Position numbers and translations under genes: made by a program
NCBI RefSeq assembly: GCF_016432865.1
Contig: NC_067398.1
Span: 91,450,001-91,514,000, forward strand
Direction of reading: 5' to 3'
Origin: Antechinus flavipes
Taxonomy: Eukaryota
DNA: 64,000 bases
The notes under the pieces: model-generated
What the model was told of the DNA's origin: nothing
What the model saw: only the letters and a program-made list of their open reading frames with translations
Database searches by the model: none
Part shown: positions 49,396 through 63,049 of the stretch, in pieces
Numbering within the stretch: position 1 is the stretch's first letter
How the letters are laid out: every line of letters starts with the position of its first letter

Positions 49396-52300
49396 TTGCC
49401 TCATCTCTAATATGGGCTATCTTCTAGTCTTAAAAACTTATCTTCTAGTTTTTAAACTGTAATGTGTGAGCTGCTTGAAAGCAGAATAGTCTTACTTTTC
49501 TAAGTACTCCTTACTTAGCAAATAGTGTTGTTGTTTTTTTTCCACTTCAGCATTCATCATCCCATTATTACTATAAGAAGTTCCCTTTTTTGCCTGCCAT
49601 GGATATGTGAGAGCAATAGAGAACCTTAAGGCACAAAAGGACCATCAGGAGGAGAAAGAAACAAATCCAGATGTCAGGTACCAGGAAGCAAAAGGCTTGT
49701 AATCTCTCCCTCCCTCCAAATTACAGTTCTGCTACTAGAAAATTAAGCTTTATGTGAGATATTAAATTGGTGCTTCTCCAGATTAGAGTTTATGTCTTTG
49801 GCTTGAGACTTATTGAACAAATAAAATGCTCATCTTGGCAAATCACTTCATAACTGGAAGAGAAATTAGCTTTGTCTACTTTATCCAGTTTGTCGAATTG
49901 GTTTAAGGATTACACCTGCATATCTGAGTCCTTATCTGTTCATATAGACTAATGAGAATTGATTTGCTCAACAAGCATTTCTTAAATATATTCTTTGTCC
50001 CTAGTCCTATCCTAGGTGCTGCAGAGGAAATATAAAAAGAAGTATAACATATGATCTCTTCTCAGAAGAAGAGATCTTGCTGAAGAAGAAAAGACATATT
50101 TAAAAGCAATTATAGATAATCCTATGCAACGGAAAAACAAGAGTATGCTCATATAATATAGAATGTATTTATGATCTGGCTTTTACCCATGCCTGGGAAA
50201 TTTTGTGTGTTTCTATAAATGCAGAAGGAAAAGTGACTCCCGAATGGTAGAGACAATGCTGAATACAATGTGCTACTGAGTACCTACACAGGAATGGTAC
50301 TAACTTGGGATGCTCCCAAGCAGCTCCAGCATCAACTTCACTCCCATACAGAGGTGCACATTACATTCATCATTCCCTTCACTAATCTGAAGTAATATCT
50401 CCTTCCACATACACACAACCACATAGAACATACCACAAGCTTGAGAAAAAACCCAGTTACCTTCAAAAACATAAAATCATAGAAGTTCATAATTAGAAAA
50501 GTTCTAGATGAAAAAATACCTTGGAATAGATCAGAGTCATAAAGCAACTTAAGCATCTGGTACATATTTCACTGAATGTGCCCCAGATGAATAGCATAAA
50601 ACACTCTGAAGTCAAATTTTAGATAAAATTTCAGTGAATGCTGTATCATTTGTATTTATAGTGGGAGAGAATTGGAAGATCAAAACCTCTCAGGGGGAAG
50701 ACAAATATCCTAGAATATGACCCCTGAGTATCATGAAGTTACTACTAGGGACTCTACCAGAGAGCTAGACAAGAGAAGCAATGTCATTTTCCTATTTTAA
50801 ATTAGTATTCTTACTAACTAAATGCTGAGCTCAAGTATTTACAACTACTAAAGGAGTCTAGGGGTTGTGAGTATACCAGTCCAAAGCTACTATTGCCCCA
50901 TCCTAGAAATAGCCCTAAGAACAGAGAACCTAAGAGCTTATATTTGGTTAAACAAACATAAAATGTCCACTATGACAAAGCAATGTAATAAGTACTTGAA
51001 ATAAAAAGATAAAAATGAAATATACCCTGCCCTCTGAGGACTTTGCACCCTATTCAGAGATATAACACATAGATAGAAATGTAAATACAAGGTAATTTGA
51101 GAAAGGAAAAACTAAGAACAGTAGCCCAGAAAGCGAGCCTTCAGACATAAAGGGATAATATGAATGCTACACAAACTGGAGAGAATGTCAAATTTGGGGC
51201 ATGGCCAGTTGTCCAATTTGGTGGCAATATAGAGTGGAAATGACCTTAGAAATAAGCTAATCACTTTTATTTTTTTCCTTTGAGATTAAAAAAAAAATTA
51301 GTCTCAAAAGGAAAGAACATTAAATTTAGAGTTAGCAGACCTTTTTTTCAAATCCCAGCTCTGCTATTTATCACCAATAGGATCTCGAGCAAATGGATGC
51401 TATGGTCTCTTCTAGCTGTGAATTTATGATCTTATAATTCTAAATCACTTTATCTCTCTGGGCCTTGGTTTCCTCATTTGAAATGAGAGACTTGTACAAG
51501 GTGAATTTTCCAACTCTAAGTCTATAACCTAAGAAGTACTGAAAATGGGAAAGATCACCACAGAGTGAAATCAGTCATGGAGAAATATGACTAGAACTTG
51601 CAATTCCACCATCATCATCAGGAAAGTTCTTTCCTTTATGAATATCATCAGGCAGAGCTCTTTTCAGAGATGTTATAAAGAGGATTCATGGTCAGGAAGA
51701 GAGTTGGATTAAATGGCCTCTTCGGGATACCTCCCAACTCTGAAATTGAAGGGTTATGTTATTCCAAAATTTGCTTGACTTTCTGTCCCCAGAAGTAGCC
51801 CATGACTTAATAATAAAGGATGGTAACTTTTTCCAATAAAGGCTTAAAGTGCCTGAATATTCAAAAGTACCCTTGTGTGTGTACACCTGGATGAGTTAGG
51901 CTTTGGACTTCCTGGAGCTAAAAGGAATATTCTTGAAAATAGAGGGAGATGTCTGACTCCCCTTTCCTTTGGATCAACCTTGTGATAAAAATTTGTTTTC
52001 AGAATTCTCTCTGCCTTTTGTGGATCAAGTCCCATTATGTGGCTACAACCACTCCTTCAGGAAGCCTTCCTCTATTCTTCTCTGGCCTTTGAAGTGCTCT
52101 GCCATGGAGAATTCTACAGAATAAAATGATGACACATTATTAACACACAAGCTCAACATTCGGTTTCAATTATCCTCCTTTTCTAGTTGTTGGGGTAAGG
52201 CTAGCTCATAAACAATAAACACAGGAAGTTTTTGAAGACTACAAACTTTAGCAAATTACCCCCACCCCCAAAGAAGGGGTTTGGGGAGAGGGAAAAGACA

Positions 52301-52594
52301 AACTAATGTACATGGTGTACTTAGGAGGTGTTGAATGGAGGCACAGAAGTGGAATGAGAAGAGATGCTGTGGCAGTTGGGAACATGGAGATGTCATCAGA
52401 ATCAAAGTCAATAAATCAACAAGATCTTATTAAATGACTGCTTTGTAGTAGACACTGTTTTAAGGTATCAAGGCTACAAATACAAAGAATGAATGTTTTA
52501 ATCCCTAGTCACAATGAGTCTCAATTTTAATGGAGGATACCAGAAGTACATAGAAAAATATATTTAGCATGGACAGAAAATTAATAAATACAAA

Positions 52595-52600
<6 letters not shown>

Positions 52601-52645
<45 letters not shown>
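52601..52645. repeat. (TA)n microsatellite
   Basis: Pure TA run of ~22 units. Confidence 0.95.
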
Positions 52646-52651
<6 letters not shown>

Positions 52652-53714
52652 CTGGATAATTAGGGAGAAAACAAACTAGCAAAGGAAAGACTAGGGGATG
52701 TGAAGAAAGGTTTCATGCACAAGATGGTGCATCGGGAGAAGTCAAAGATTTTGAAGGCTAGAAAGGATCCATAGACTGGAGGAAAGTGGGTAGACAATAG
52801 AGGGAAGGTATTGGCAAGGGTATACTTACACAGTACTCAACTAATGTGTTAGTTTAGAAGGTTAATTTTCAAGGAATATTCACACAAAGAGTGCCCCAGC
52901 TGCTCTGAGAAATTTAAATGACTCAAATATATATTTCCTTGACACTGAGGAACCTCTTCATTCCCATCTGCCTTCCTACCTCTCTTGACTTTACCTTCTA
53001 TTCTTGACTTTGATAACCTAATCTCCTATATTCCTGGCCTTTCTCCTTATTTGCTTAATGTATTTTCTCCTAAGATACTGATTTTTGAACATCTAACTGC
53101 AGCTGGACTCCTGGTTGCTCCCTTTGATTGCTGACTGAATTTCTTAACCCCAAGTTGCATATATCTTCAGACTTAGCCTACCTTGGTGGCTCAGCTAGAA
53201 GGACCTTCCCCTGTCAGAAATATACCATTGCTTTCTTCAAAAATGATTGTGGAATCATAAATTTAGAGCTAAAAGAGACTTTAGAGATCTTCTCATTTTA
53301 AAGATGAGGAAACTGAAGTGCAAAGGTCAAATAGCTTACTCAAGATTACCTAGATAGTAAGAGTTGAGCCTAAGTCTTCAGTCTTTAAATCCAGCATTCT
53401 TTCCACTTGAATGAGATGTTCCTCTTATCTTTGGATTAAATGACTTTTTTTTTTTTAAGGCAATGAAAAAGAGAAAATAAATATCCATTTTCTGGGCATT
53501 TGAATCACATGGATTATTGTTTTATAAGTTAGAGGTGGTTTTTCCTTTTATAGAAGGAAGTTCCTAAATGACCTGATTTCTCTCCAGCAGGGAAAGAAAG
53601 GCCTTCACTTCTCTCCCAGAGTGTTGTTTTCTGTTTTGTCTGGGCAATGCAGCTGGAGAGCTTGAAAAAATTGTAAACAGCTGCTGGACTTCCCATAGGG
53701 AGAACATCACAGTT

Positions 53715-54190
53715 ATGTTATACATCGTCTCAAGTCACCCAAGTCTACAATCTTGGAGTCATCTTAAACTCTTCTATTTCTCTTTTCTCCCATATTCAAT
53801 CACTTGCCAAGTTTTGTCAATTTTGCTTTTTCAATATCTTTCATATTGATTCCCCTTCTCACTTCTCTCAGGTCACCACTCTATGATCAAGCTGCTTTCA
53901 CTTTTCATCTGAACTTTTTCAAAAGCCTCCTAATTTGTCTTCTTGCTTTGGGGCTCTCTCCTTTGAAACTATCTTCCACATACAACAGCTGCCAAGTTAA
54001 TATTTCTGAAACACAGGTCTAACCGTGACATTCTCTACTCAAGAAGCTTTATTGGCTCCCTATGGTTTCTAAGATAAAGTTCAGAATCCTCTACTTGACA
54101 TTTTAAATCATTCATATGGCTCTAATCTCCCTTTTTAGATTGATTTTACATTTCTCCTCCTCATGAACTCCATGTTCTGGCCAGAAGCCT
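53715..54190 (+). mobile_element. L2 fragment
   Basis: AATCTTGGAGTCATCTTAAACTC...CAATCACTTGCCAAGTTTTGTC...GGCTCCCTATGG. Confidence 0.75.
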
Positions 54191-57100
54191 TTGTGATATT
54201 CCAGTGTGATGAGGGAGCTCCCACATAATGGAGCAGTATTGGGAAACATCCCTTGGTTGCAAAAGGTTTGAATGTGTTGGGATTGGAGAATGAGCGAATG
54301 GCCAGTTGGTCAGCAGCACATGGCTGTAAGGATGGTACATATATCATTGAGTCATTAAACAAATATTTTTTTAACTAGCACTCTAATAGTTCTGAGAGTC
54401 CCAAGTGAGTATCAGGATATTAGGGCTCCAAACTTGGTCTTTCCATTTGTTAAGGGTGTTATCTTTGATCAGTTATCATAGCCTCAGTGTTCCCCTTTGT
54501 TAAATGAGGATATTAATAACTACCTTAGCTAAATTCTGAGGCTGTAGTTGAAGATCCAATAAAATACAATTTGAAAATTATGATGCTGTATAAAAACATG
54601 AAGTTTTAATTATAGCTAATATGTGTGCATATACATATATGGAATAAATATGAAATGACATTATGAGATATGAGAAGACATTCCCACTTATACATACCTT
54701 GTCAGTGGTGAGAAGTCCACAAGTATACATTGCATCTATTTTCAGACTTTTTTTTCTCAATAGATTTATCAATTATGCTGGATTTTTTCTTTCTCTCTCT
54801 CTTTTTTTTGTCTTTAAGAAATATTATTTGTATGTGAAATGGCTCTCTGGCAAGGAGAGAAACTGGCGAAAACCATGCAGATTTTATAAAAACAAATAAT
54901 ATCAATAAAAATTTATTAAAAAAAAAAAACATAAGGAACCATTCCAGCCCTCATGTCCTCTAAATAATAATCTAATGCATTTTCCATGAAGTCACACTAT
55001 CTCTGCTATTTCCCCCAAAATAAAGAGCTTTGTAGTATAGATCGTCTGTCCCACACTGGGCTACCTTCATGGGTAAAAGTCCAGATTCTGAATTGGAAAT
55101 TAATAATTCAAGAAACATTTATTGAGCGCTTACTATATGCACTATGCTGAGCACTGGATTAAATACAATACCAAGAAAAGTATGATCATGATCTCTGCTG
55201 ACAAGAGACTCTGGTGTCTGCTAGTATCTATTCTTCATTCTTAGCCTCTCTAGCAAAATTAGGATGTCCTAGTACCTCCCAAGATTCAGCACCTCTCTTA
55301 ATTTTTCTAAAGTGGGTGGCCCAGTAATCCTCAGTTCTTTGATTTTGTCCTCTTCCTCCAGCCTTGCCTCCAGCCATACTGATCGCAATATGGTTATGCC
55401 TTCCATAACATGACTTTTCCTGTCACCATTTTGATATATTACAGGTTGATATAGGAAATTAAATGGGAGTTTTGGGGAAGTTTTGCAAAAACTTCAGATG
55501 ACATGTGAAGGTCAGCAGATGACACAAAGCATATGACTAAATTCTTATCCCAAATTTTATAATAAGGTGCTGTAAACACCTCATAAAAGAAAAAGGAAAA
55601 ATTCAGAATTCTTCTTTGGTACAAAGGGAGAGCCAAAAATATTTACACAGATTTTCCATATTGCCACTAACTCTCACAATGTGGAAGGGATAAATGTATT
55701 TCTTCAAAGCTAGAAGGGATCTTAGAACTCAGCCAACCCAATTCCTTCATTTTGCAAGATGAAGAAAAGCACTGAGAAGGCAAGGAACTCAGTGGAGGAC
55801 ATACCGCTAGTAAAAAGATGAACTGAAATTAAACCAGAAATCCTCTAATTTCAAATTTAGGACTAATTCAGTGTCTGACATATAATAAACATTTAATAAA
55901 TGCTTCTTTATGGATTGATTGACTTGTGAACTAAATCCAATAATTCCAATCTTTCCTGAAATACCTCAACAGAGAAAGGAGCAAGAGATAGCTCCCTTTT
56001 TTGTCTTAGAATTCTAACTTTTCTCATGACTGCTCTGAGATATGGTGCATTTTTTCTCTGTAACTCCAGCAAATCAATGATTCCCCTAGAAGAGAAAGAA
56101 GAACAAAAGCTAAGCATATTTATGACAAACAGTTGTTTTTGCTTTTATGTCTTCAGTTTTTCTTATCTGTCTACAGAGCTGGATTTCAACCACCAGAATG
56201 AATAACATTTGGCACTCTACAGGAAGACTTTTCATCCAAGGATCTCCAAGTACTTTGCATACAATTAATCATTCCCATAATATCCTGAGAGGTTACATAT
56301 TGTTCTCCCATTATTTCAGATGGGGAAACTGAGGTTATGTGAATATATGGTCAAAGGCCACACAGCAAGCAAAGCCCACAGATCTGAAAAGATCTGGAAT
56401 TCCAAACCTTCTCTCCTCTGACTTACCTCTTGTTTTCTTGCTGTGCTCCCTCTCCAAATAAACCACACTGCTTCAGAATTGGGAAAGAAGTACTTCCATC
56501 TATCCTGATAAGAGGAATGGAAAAATCTTCTAGGCAAACTAGACTGACTATTTATCAGGAAGATGTCCTACCTTTGTGCTTTTACTTACGCTATTCCTTA
56601 CTTCTGACATGCCTTTCCCCATACATGAAATCTTACTCTTTCTTTTCAATACAATTCAAACATACCTCTTTTGTAAAGGCTGTGCTCATTCTGCCCATCT
56701 ACCCTAACTCCCCAGTGATTTCTCTCATTTAAATCTAATAAACGCTTTGTTTACACCTCTCCTATGCACTTAATATCACCTACCTCTGTTTTTGTCAGTA
56801 TCAAATACTGATGGTCAAAATGTTCTTTAACCTTTCTGAAGGACTTTAGCACTTCCTCTAAGCCCAAGACTTCCTCTCCACCTCATATCCTGCTATCATC
56901 CTTATAGATGTCAAAGATTACAAAAGGGAACTGAAACCCAGGATGAAGAGGAGTATAGGGGAAAAAAAGACTTAGGTACTCTTGTTCAAGCCAGTAGACT
57001 CAGAAGAATTTCATTCCATGATGCTTTCTGGGGCTGTGAGGGTATGAAAGATACCAAGGGAATGCCAAAAGGCTGATGTCCTGGTTTAATTTTTTTTTTA

Positions 57101-57234
57101 ATTTAAAAAGGAAGAGATTGTAATCTGCAAATTACTTGACTTTCAATCTCATTGTGAGAATGGATAGTATTGGCTCAAGCAAACAATCATTTGATCAATC
57201 ATCTCAACCACTTAAAAGTGACTGACAATCAAAT

Positions 57235-57450
57235 GTTGTTGTTCAGTCATTTTTCATTCTTATTTAAATCTTTGTATCCCTATTTAGAGTTTTCTTGGCA
57301 AAGATATTGGAGTGGGTTGCCATTTCCTTCTCCAGTTCATTTTACAGGTGTAGAAACTGAGGCTGAGTTAAGTGACTTGTTCAGGGTCACACAGCTAGTG
57401 AGGGTCTGGAAAAAGATATAAACTCAGGAAGATGAGTCTTACTGATTCTA
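57235..57450 (-). mobile_element. MAR1-type core-SINE
   Basis: TTTCTTGGCAAAGATATTGGAGTGGGTTGCCATTTCCTTCTCCAG. Confidence 0.85.
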
Positions 57451-57689
57451 TCCACTAATGTGTAATGTAAATTCTCTCACACACACTGGACTACCATGGT
57501 GGGTACAAACCCAGATTCTAAATTGAAAATCAGTTTTCCAACCAGCATTTATTAAATACTTACTATATACAATGGGCCAAGTGCAATGCAAAGAAAGGTC
57601 CCCATCTTCAAGAGACCTTTGAAGTAATCCACTACAACTACTGAAGTAATGGGATTGAATTAATCAAAGGCATTACATAATCAAGTAGA

Positions 57690-58085
57690 TGTTTATCAAT
57701 TGGGGAATGACTAAACAAATTGTGATTTATGAATGAAATGTGCTGTAAGAAACAATAAATATGATGAACTCAAAGTTACATGAAAAGTCCTACATGAACT
57801 GATGCAAAGAGAAGTAAGCAGAATCAAGAAAACAATATAGATGTTTTTTAGAGAGAGAAATTAAACAAAATTTAATAACCACAAGATAAATTTTAAAATG
57901 AATGCTATAAAGTTATGAAGAATAGCTTGGCCCCCAAAAACAGACAGAACATGTTACCTCCCTTAATCCTTTGTTGATATTGGAAATCTACAGACATGAA
58001 AAACTGCACAATATGTCAGATTTTTTTTGAATCTAATTTATTATTTTTATAATTATTTTTTTTCTTTAAAATAATCTTTCTTAAA
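57690..58085 (+). mobile_element. Old L1 3' fragment
   Basis: CAATTGGGGAATGACTAAACAAATTGTG...CATGAACTGATGCAAAGAGAAGTAAGCAGAATCAAG. Confidence 0.75.
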
Positions 58086-58754
58086 ATCTGGGGTGAGCCA
58101 TACTCAACCAATCCTCTAGTCATTTATATACTACACTACAACCAAATAAGATATCTACGGGCCATTCAATAATTAACAAGAACAAATTTATTTAGCCTGA
58201 AAAGGACATTGCATAAGGATGTGCAATGAGGACATTCAGGTGAGCAAATTGCACATTGTGGTCCACAGTCAAGCATCTAAGCATGACTGGTACCACAGTG
58301 TCCACAATATTCCTCAAGTCAAACAGATCTTGCGGTTAATCTTAATCTGGGTCATTTAAAGACAAAAGATGTCAATGAAAAAAAAATTTTTAATTACCTT
58401 CTCCATCATAGTCTTCCTCCAAATCCTTGATTTTTTTAACCCTGTTTCTTACTCACATCTTCTCCTTCAATGTTCTTCCACTTCAGCAACTCCTGTTCTG
58501 AAGTCTTGACCTTAGAGTCCATTTATTCAATAGTTTATTTAATAGTTTGCTATTCTCTACTCTTGAATCCCTTGGTCCCTTTTCCTTCAATGCATCCCTT
58601 TGTTTCCTAATTCTATCCCTCTTATCTCTTCTAGGACTTTGCTGAGCCTTGGAAACTATAGCACTTCCACAACTAATCACACAGCTATTTCCCTTCATTC
58701 AAGAACTATTTATTAAAAATTGTTGTTGGTAGTGGTGGTAGTGGTGGTAATGGT

Positions 58755-59090
58755 GGTGTTCAATCATTGCAGTCCTGGATTTTTCATTACCCCATTTGGG
58801 GTTTTCTTGGCCAAGATACTAGAGTGCTTTGCTATTTCCTTCTCCAGATCATTTTCCTCTGCAAACTATTGGTTGCTTTTCAGTTTTGTCTGATTCTTTG
58901 TGACCCAATTTGGGGATTACTGAAATGATTTGAATTTCTATCTCCAGCTCATTTTACAGATAAGGAAACTGAAGCAAACAAGGTGAAGTGACTTGCCCAG
59001 GTTCACAGATAATAAGTGTCTGAGACTGGATTTGAGCTCAGGTTTTTCTGACTCCAGACCCAACCACCATGCCACCAAACTGCCCCTCAG
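58755..59090 (-). mobile_element. Tandem MAR1-type core-SINEs
   Basis: CCCCATTTGGGGTTTTCTTGGCC...CCAGCTCATTTTACAGATAAGGAAACTGAAGC. Confidence 0.8.
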
Positions 59091-60432
59091 TTGCTAACCT
59101 ACTAGGTGCCACCTCAGTTCAGGTCCTAATTAGTATTCCCCTAGACTAGCAATTCTTGCATCTTTGTTTTTAATCATAGCACATTATTCTTTGCCAAATG
59201 GAAGGACATATGATTGCAAGTATAAACCATAGAGTTCCCAGCCCCCATGCCCTCCAAGCATCAGCCTTCAAATATCATACTTTCTGTCCATTCAGAGTCT
59301 CTCACTCCCTACTATCTACAATTTCTGCCAATAATTTATCTAGAATCTCTTGATCTAGATGTCTTTCTTCTCTATCAAAGGCTACACTGTATCATTTATA
59401 CCTTTGAATATCTAGTCCCACTCAATTATATGTTCCTCAACTTTGTTCAGTTTTTTTAACATATGTATCACTAGTTATTAACGTAAGGCTTTGCACATAT
59501 TAGATGCTTGACATATTTGTTTAATTGAATTGAATCATTGTGTATTATATTTTTGGGGTGTCATCATCTACTAGACTAACTTAGAAAAATAACAGTAGCA
59601 GAAGTCCTATCTTATCACCCTTGGGGTCTTAAAATAGTAATCCTTAAATTACTATTAAATAGTATTCTGTAAACAGTGAGTTCTTCATTTAAAATTAAAG
59701 GATATTATCTTCTTGAAGAGGATGTATTTGGTGATTCTTGTCAAATCTGTCTTCTGAAGCCATTCAGTTGCCAAGTCTTGACAATCATACTCCTATAACA
59801 ACTCATAACTGATTCCTCCATAATCACATGTCACAACCTTATAGCAGCTGCTAGTCACATCTTACTGGGACTGTTTCAAAAGCTTCTAAAGTAGACTACC
59901 AGCTTCTAAAGTTTGCAGAAAAGGGAGCATTCCCTCTGCAGGTCCTTGTAGGAAGATAATGGTGGCAAAAACAGGGAAATGAATTGAATCAAAGTGAAAG
60001 CTTGCAAACTAGAAAAAGAATGGCCTGAGTTTCAGAATCTAATCAATACAATTCAATACATATTATTAAATGTCTGTTATGTGATAGACTTTGTGCTGAG
60101 CACTGAAGATACAACTAATTTTTAAAAAAAAGACAATTCCTGCCTTCAAGAAGCTTACAATCTTGCAAGCGTACAAGGGGGTGCCTTCTTTCATGGAGTT
60201 GAAATCAGGCAGAGCAGAAGAATCAAGATGAAGTGAGCAAAATACAGTTTCTGCTTCTATTTTTAAAAAAATCTAAGTTTTTAACTCATTTAACATTGAG
60301 AATTTAATCTGGAGATCGCAAGCTTTTTCTCTTCAAATTTCATCATGTAGTTTTTAATGTGTAAAGATTATATTCCCATCTTGTCATCAGCAAGGCATTA
60401 ATCACTTATAATTTTTTTTTTTTTATTCCAAG

Positions 60433-60492
60433 GGATGGGTTTGCTCAGTTATATAGTACACAAGTCACTTCTGATTCACTATTTTGGCCAAG
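60433..60492 (+). CDS. Candidate 60-nt internal exon (coding status unknown)
   Basis: ~T14 tract plus ATTCCAAG acceptor, AAG|GTAAGC donor, length divisible by 3; two open frames (DGFAQLYSTQVTSDSLFWP or MGLLSYIVHKSLLIHYFGQ). Confidence 0.35.
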
Positions 60493-60956
60493 GTAAGCAT
60501 TTGTGAGCCAGCTGACCAGAGTGAAAGGCAAAGTCTGTAGCCATGTAGTAAAGTGTAAGAGCTGAACTTGCAACCTGAGCCTCTTTACTACTCTGTTCCA
60601 AAAGAGCAAGCTAAATAATCACTGGATAGCACCCCAAAATTTACGCTATCCTCACCTAATCTGGCAACCTTGAACAAGACATGCATCTACTCAGTATCTC
60701 ATAGAGTTCAGAGCTGAGAGATACCTTAAATATCAATTAACCCATTTCCCTCATTTTAAAAACAAGGAGAACAAGGACCAGAAAAATATATTGATTTATT
60801 TGTCCAAGGTCAAATGGTTAACAAACAGAATCAAAATTTGAACACAGGTCCTAATTCCTATGCTATTACCACTACTCAGTGGCTTCCCTACTTTCCTGAT
60901 TTCTAAAATGAGGAATTTATTTCTTATCTCTTATCTGTAAAATAGGTCTTTTAGAA

Positions 60957-61148
60957 CAGGACTTCTTAAATTTTTTTTCACTAATGATCCCTCTTCACCT
61001 AAGAAATTTTTACATGATCCCAAGCACCTAGATATATATAAAATAGGTATACAAATCAAACACTTACTGATAAATCATAATTTTGTGACTCCCATATTCA
61101 GTTCTGAGACTTCATATGGGATTTTGAATCACAGTTTAAGAAGATGAG
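60957..61148 (+). mobile_element. Charlie-type hAT MITE
   Basis: CAGGACTTCTTAAATTTTT...AAGAAATTTTTACATGATCCCAAG...AGTTTAAGAAG; homologous to 44196-44378. Confidence 0.8.
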
Positions 61149-61249
61149 CCCTGGAGGATATCAGTGGAAAGATTAAAGATGTGCTGTATATTACAGCAGA
61201 GTGCTGTCATAACACTGATGTTAGGAGTGTAACATATATATATATATGA

Positions 61250-61460
61250 GTCAGAGTTGGAGTCAGAAAAACCTGAGCTCTGATCTAGCCTTAGATACTA
61301 ATTATATGACCCTGGACAAGTCATTTAACTCTGCCTCAGTTTCCTCATCTGTAAGAGGAGCTGGAGAAGGAAATGGCAAATCACTCCAGTATCTTTGCTA
61401 AAATAAGAATAATAATAATTTTAAAATAGGATCATGAAGGATCAACCATGACTGAACAAT
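61250..61460 (+). mobile_element. MAR1-type core-SINE
   Basis: GAGTCAGAAAAACCTGAG...GAGCTGGAGAAGGAAATGGCAAATCACTCCAGTATCTTTGC. Confidence 0.85.
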
Positions 61461-62084
61461 CACAACAACCACAAATCTATCTGAATATAGAGAGTCAATA
61501 TAACATAACCAGTCATGGCTCCAACTTTTGAGTCAAAAAGAGCCAATTCAAGTCCCACCTGTAATTGACACTAATCCTGAGTAATGACAACTTGTTAGTG
61601 TCCTAAACAACTTTAAATTACTACAAGTTGTGGAGAAGGTGCCACTCTATATTGATAAAGGGAGTTTCCCTGTACCAGTGAAATAATTGCTCAAATTCCT
61701 ATCCCCTGTTACTCTCTTTGAGTACTAAGATTGGCAGCTATATACTAGATAGAGGATCAACCTTGGAGTCAGAAAAATATGGAGTCATTTCTGCCGCTGA
61801 TACCTACTAACTATATTACAACATGTCCTATTACCTGAGCAAATCCATAAGACTATCCTAAGACAGCTGAAAGTCAGCTTCATTTGGGGACAAGGGAGGA
61901 GGGAGGATGTGCACAACAAATTCTATGTAGATGGAATCATAGGCATGGACAAAGTAAGAATTGAATAGATGCATTAACATGATATGATCTAATAAGTCCC
62001 CACATCATTACATTCAGTATGCAAATTCATAGTATATCAATAAATATTTATTAAGTGCCTATTACATGTCAGCTAGTTGTGTCA

Positions 62085-62295
62085 ATGGCGAGAATGCCTC
62101 CCTTGATCTTCATGAGTCAAATCTGGTCTCAGACACTTAGCAGCTATGTGACCCTGGACAAGTCACTTAACCCTGTTTGTCTCAGTTTCTTCATCTCTAA
62201 AATGATCTGGAAAAGGAAATGGCAAACTTTCCTAATATTTCTACCAAGAAAACCTCAAATAGGGTCATGTCAAAAATGAGTGAAAGGACTCAACA
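62085..62295 (+). mobile_element. MAR1-type core-SINE
   Basis: TCAAATCTGGTCTCAGACACTTAGCAGCTATGTGACCCTGGACAAGTCACTTAACCCTGTTTG. Confidence 0.85.
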
Positions 62296-62760
62296 ACAAC
62301 ACATGACAGGCACTATACTAAACCATTGGGAATGAAAAGAAGTAGTAGTAATTCTTGCCTTTAGAAAGCTTATAATCTAACAAGCAAATATATGCAAAAA
62401 AAGCTATATGATGGATAAACAGGAAATAATTTAAAAGGGGAAGATAGCAGGATTAAGAAGGCATGTCAAAGACTCTTGTAAAAGATAGAAATTTAGTTGA
62501 AACTTGAAGCCAGGAAAGCCAGTAGGCAAAGGTCAGAAGGGAGACTATTTGGGGGAAGGGGGGACAACCAAAGAAAATTTCTGGAGGAGTGTCCTGTTTA
62601 TGGAATGGCCAGGAGGCCAATATCACTGGATCAGAATATGGGTTGAGGAATAAGAAATAAGAAGAGTGGAAAAGTAGGAGAGAAACTAAGCTTGAATGCC
62701 AAACAAAATTTTGTATTTGATCCTGGAAGCAAAAAGGAGTCACGGGAGTTTATTAACTAG
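62295..62760 (-). mobile_element. L2 fragment (antisense)
   Basis: ACAGGCACTATACTAAACC...GAAGCCAGGAAAGCC...GAGGCCAATATCACTGGA. Confidence 0.75.
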
Positions 62761-63049
62761 AGGTTAGGATTAACATGTTATTCGCTCTGTTTGTGATAAC
62801 AGTCAGAAAATCTGGGTTCAAATCCATACTTTACTCATTGATCTCTGTGTGTCCCTTGCAAGTCATCTCACTATTCCTGATTTCCATTCTTTGTGCAGTA
62901 AGATAAGGAAAATGGGCTGAATGATTTTGGAAGTCCTTCCTAGCACTGACGCTAAAATCATGTCAACTGCTGCCTAACTCCTGGCCATCAGCCTTATGCA
63001 GAACCAGGAATGATATGGTCCAGAATAACAGAATGGCTCCATTTTTTCC

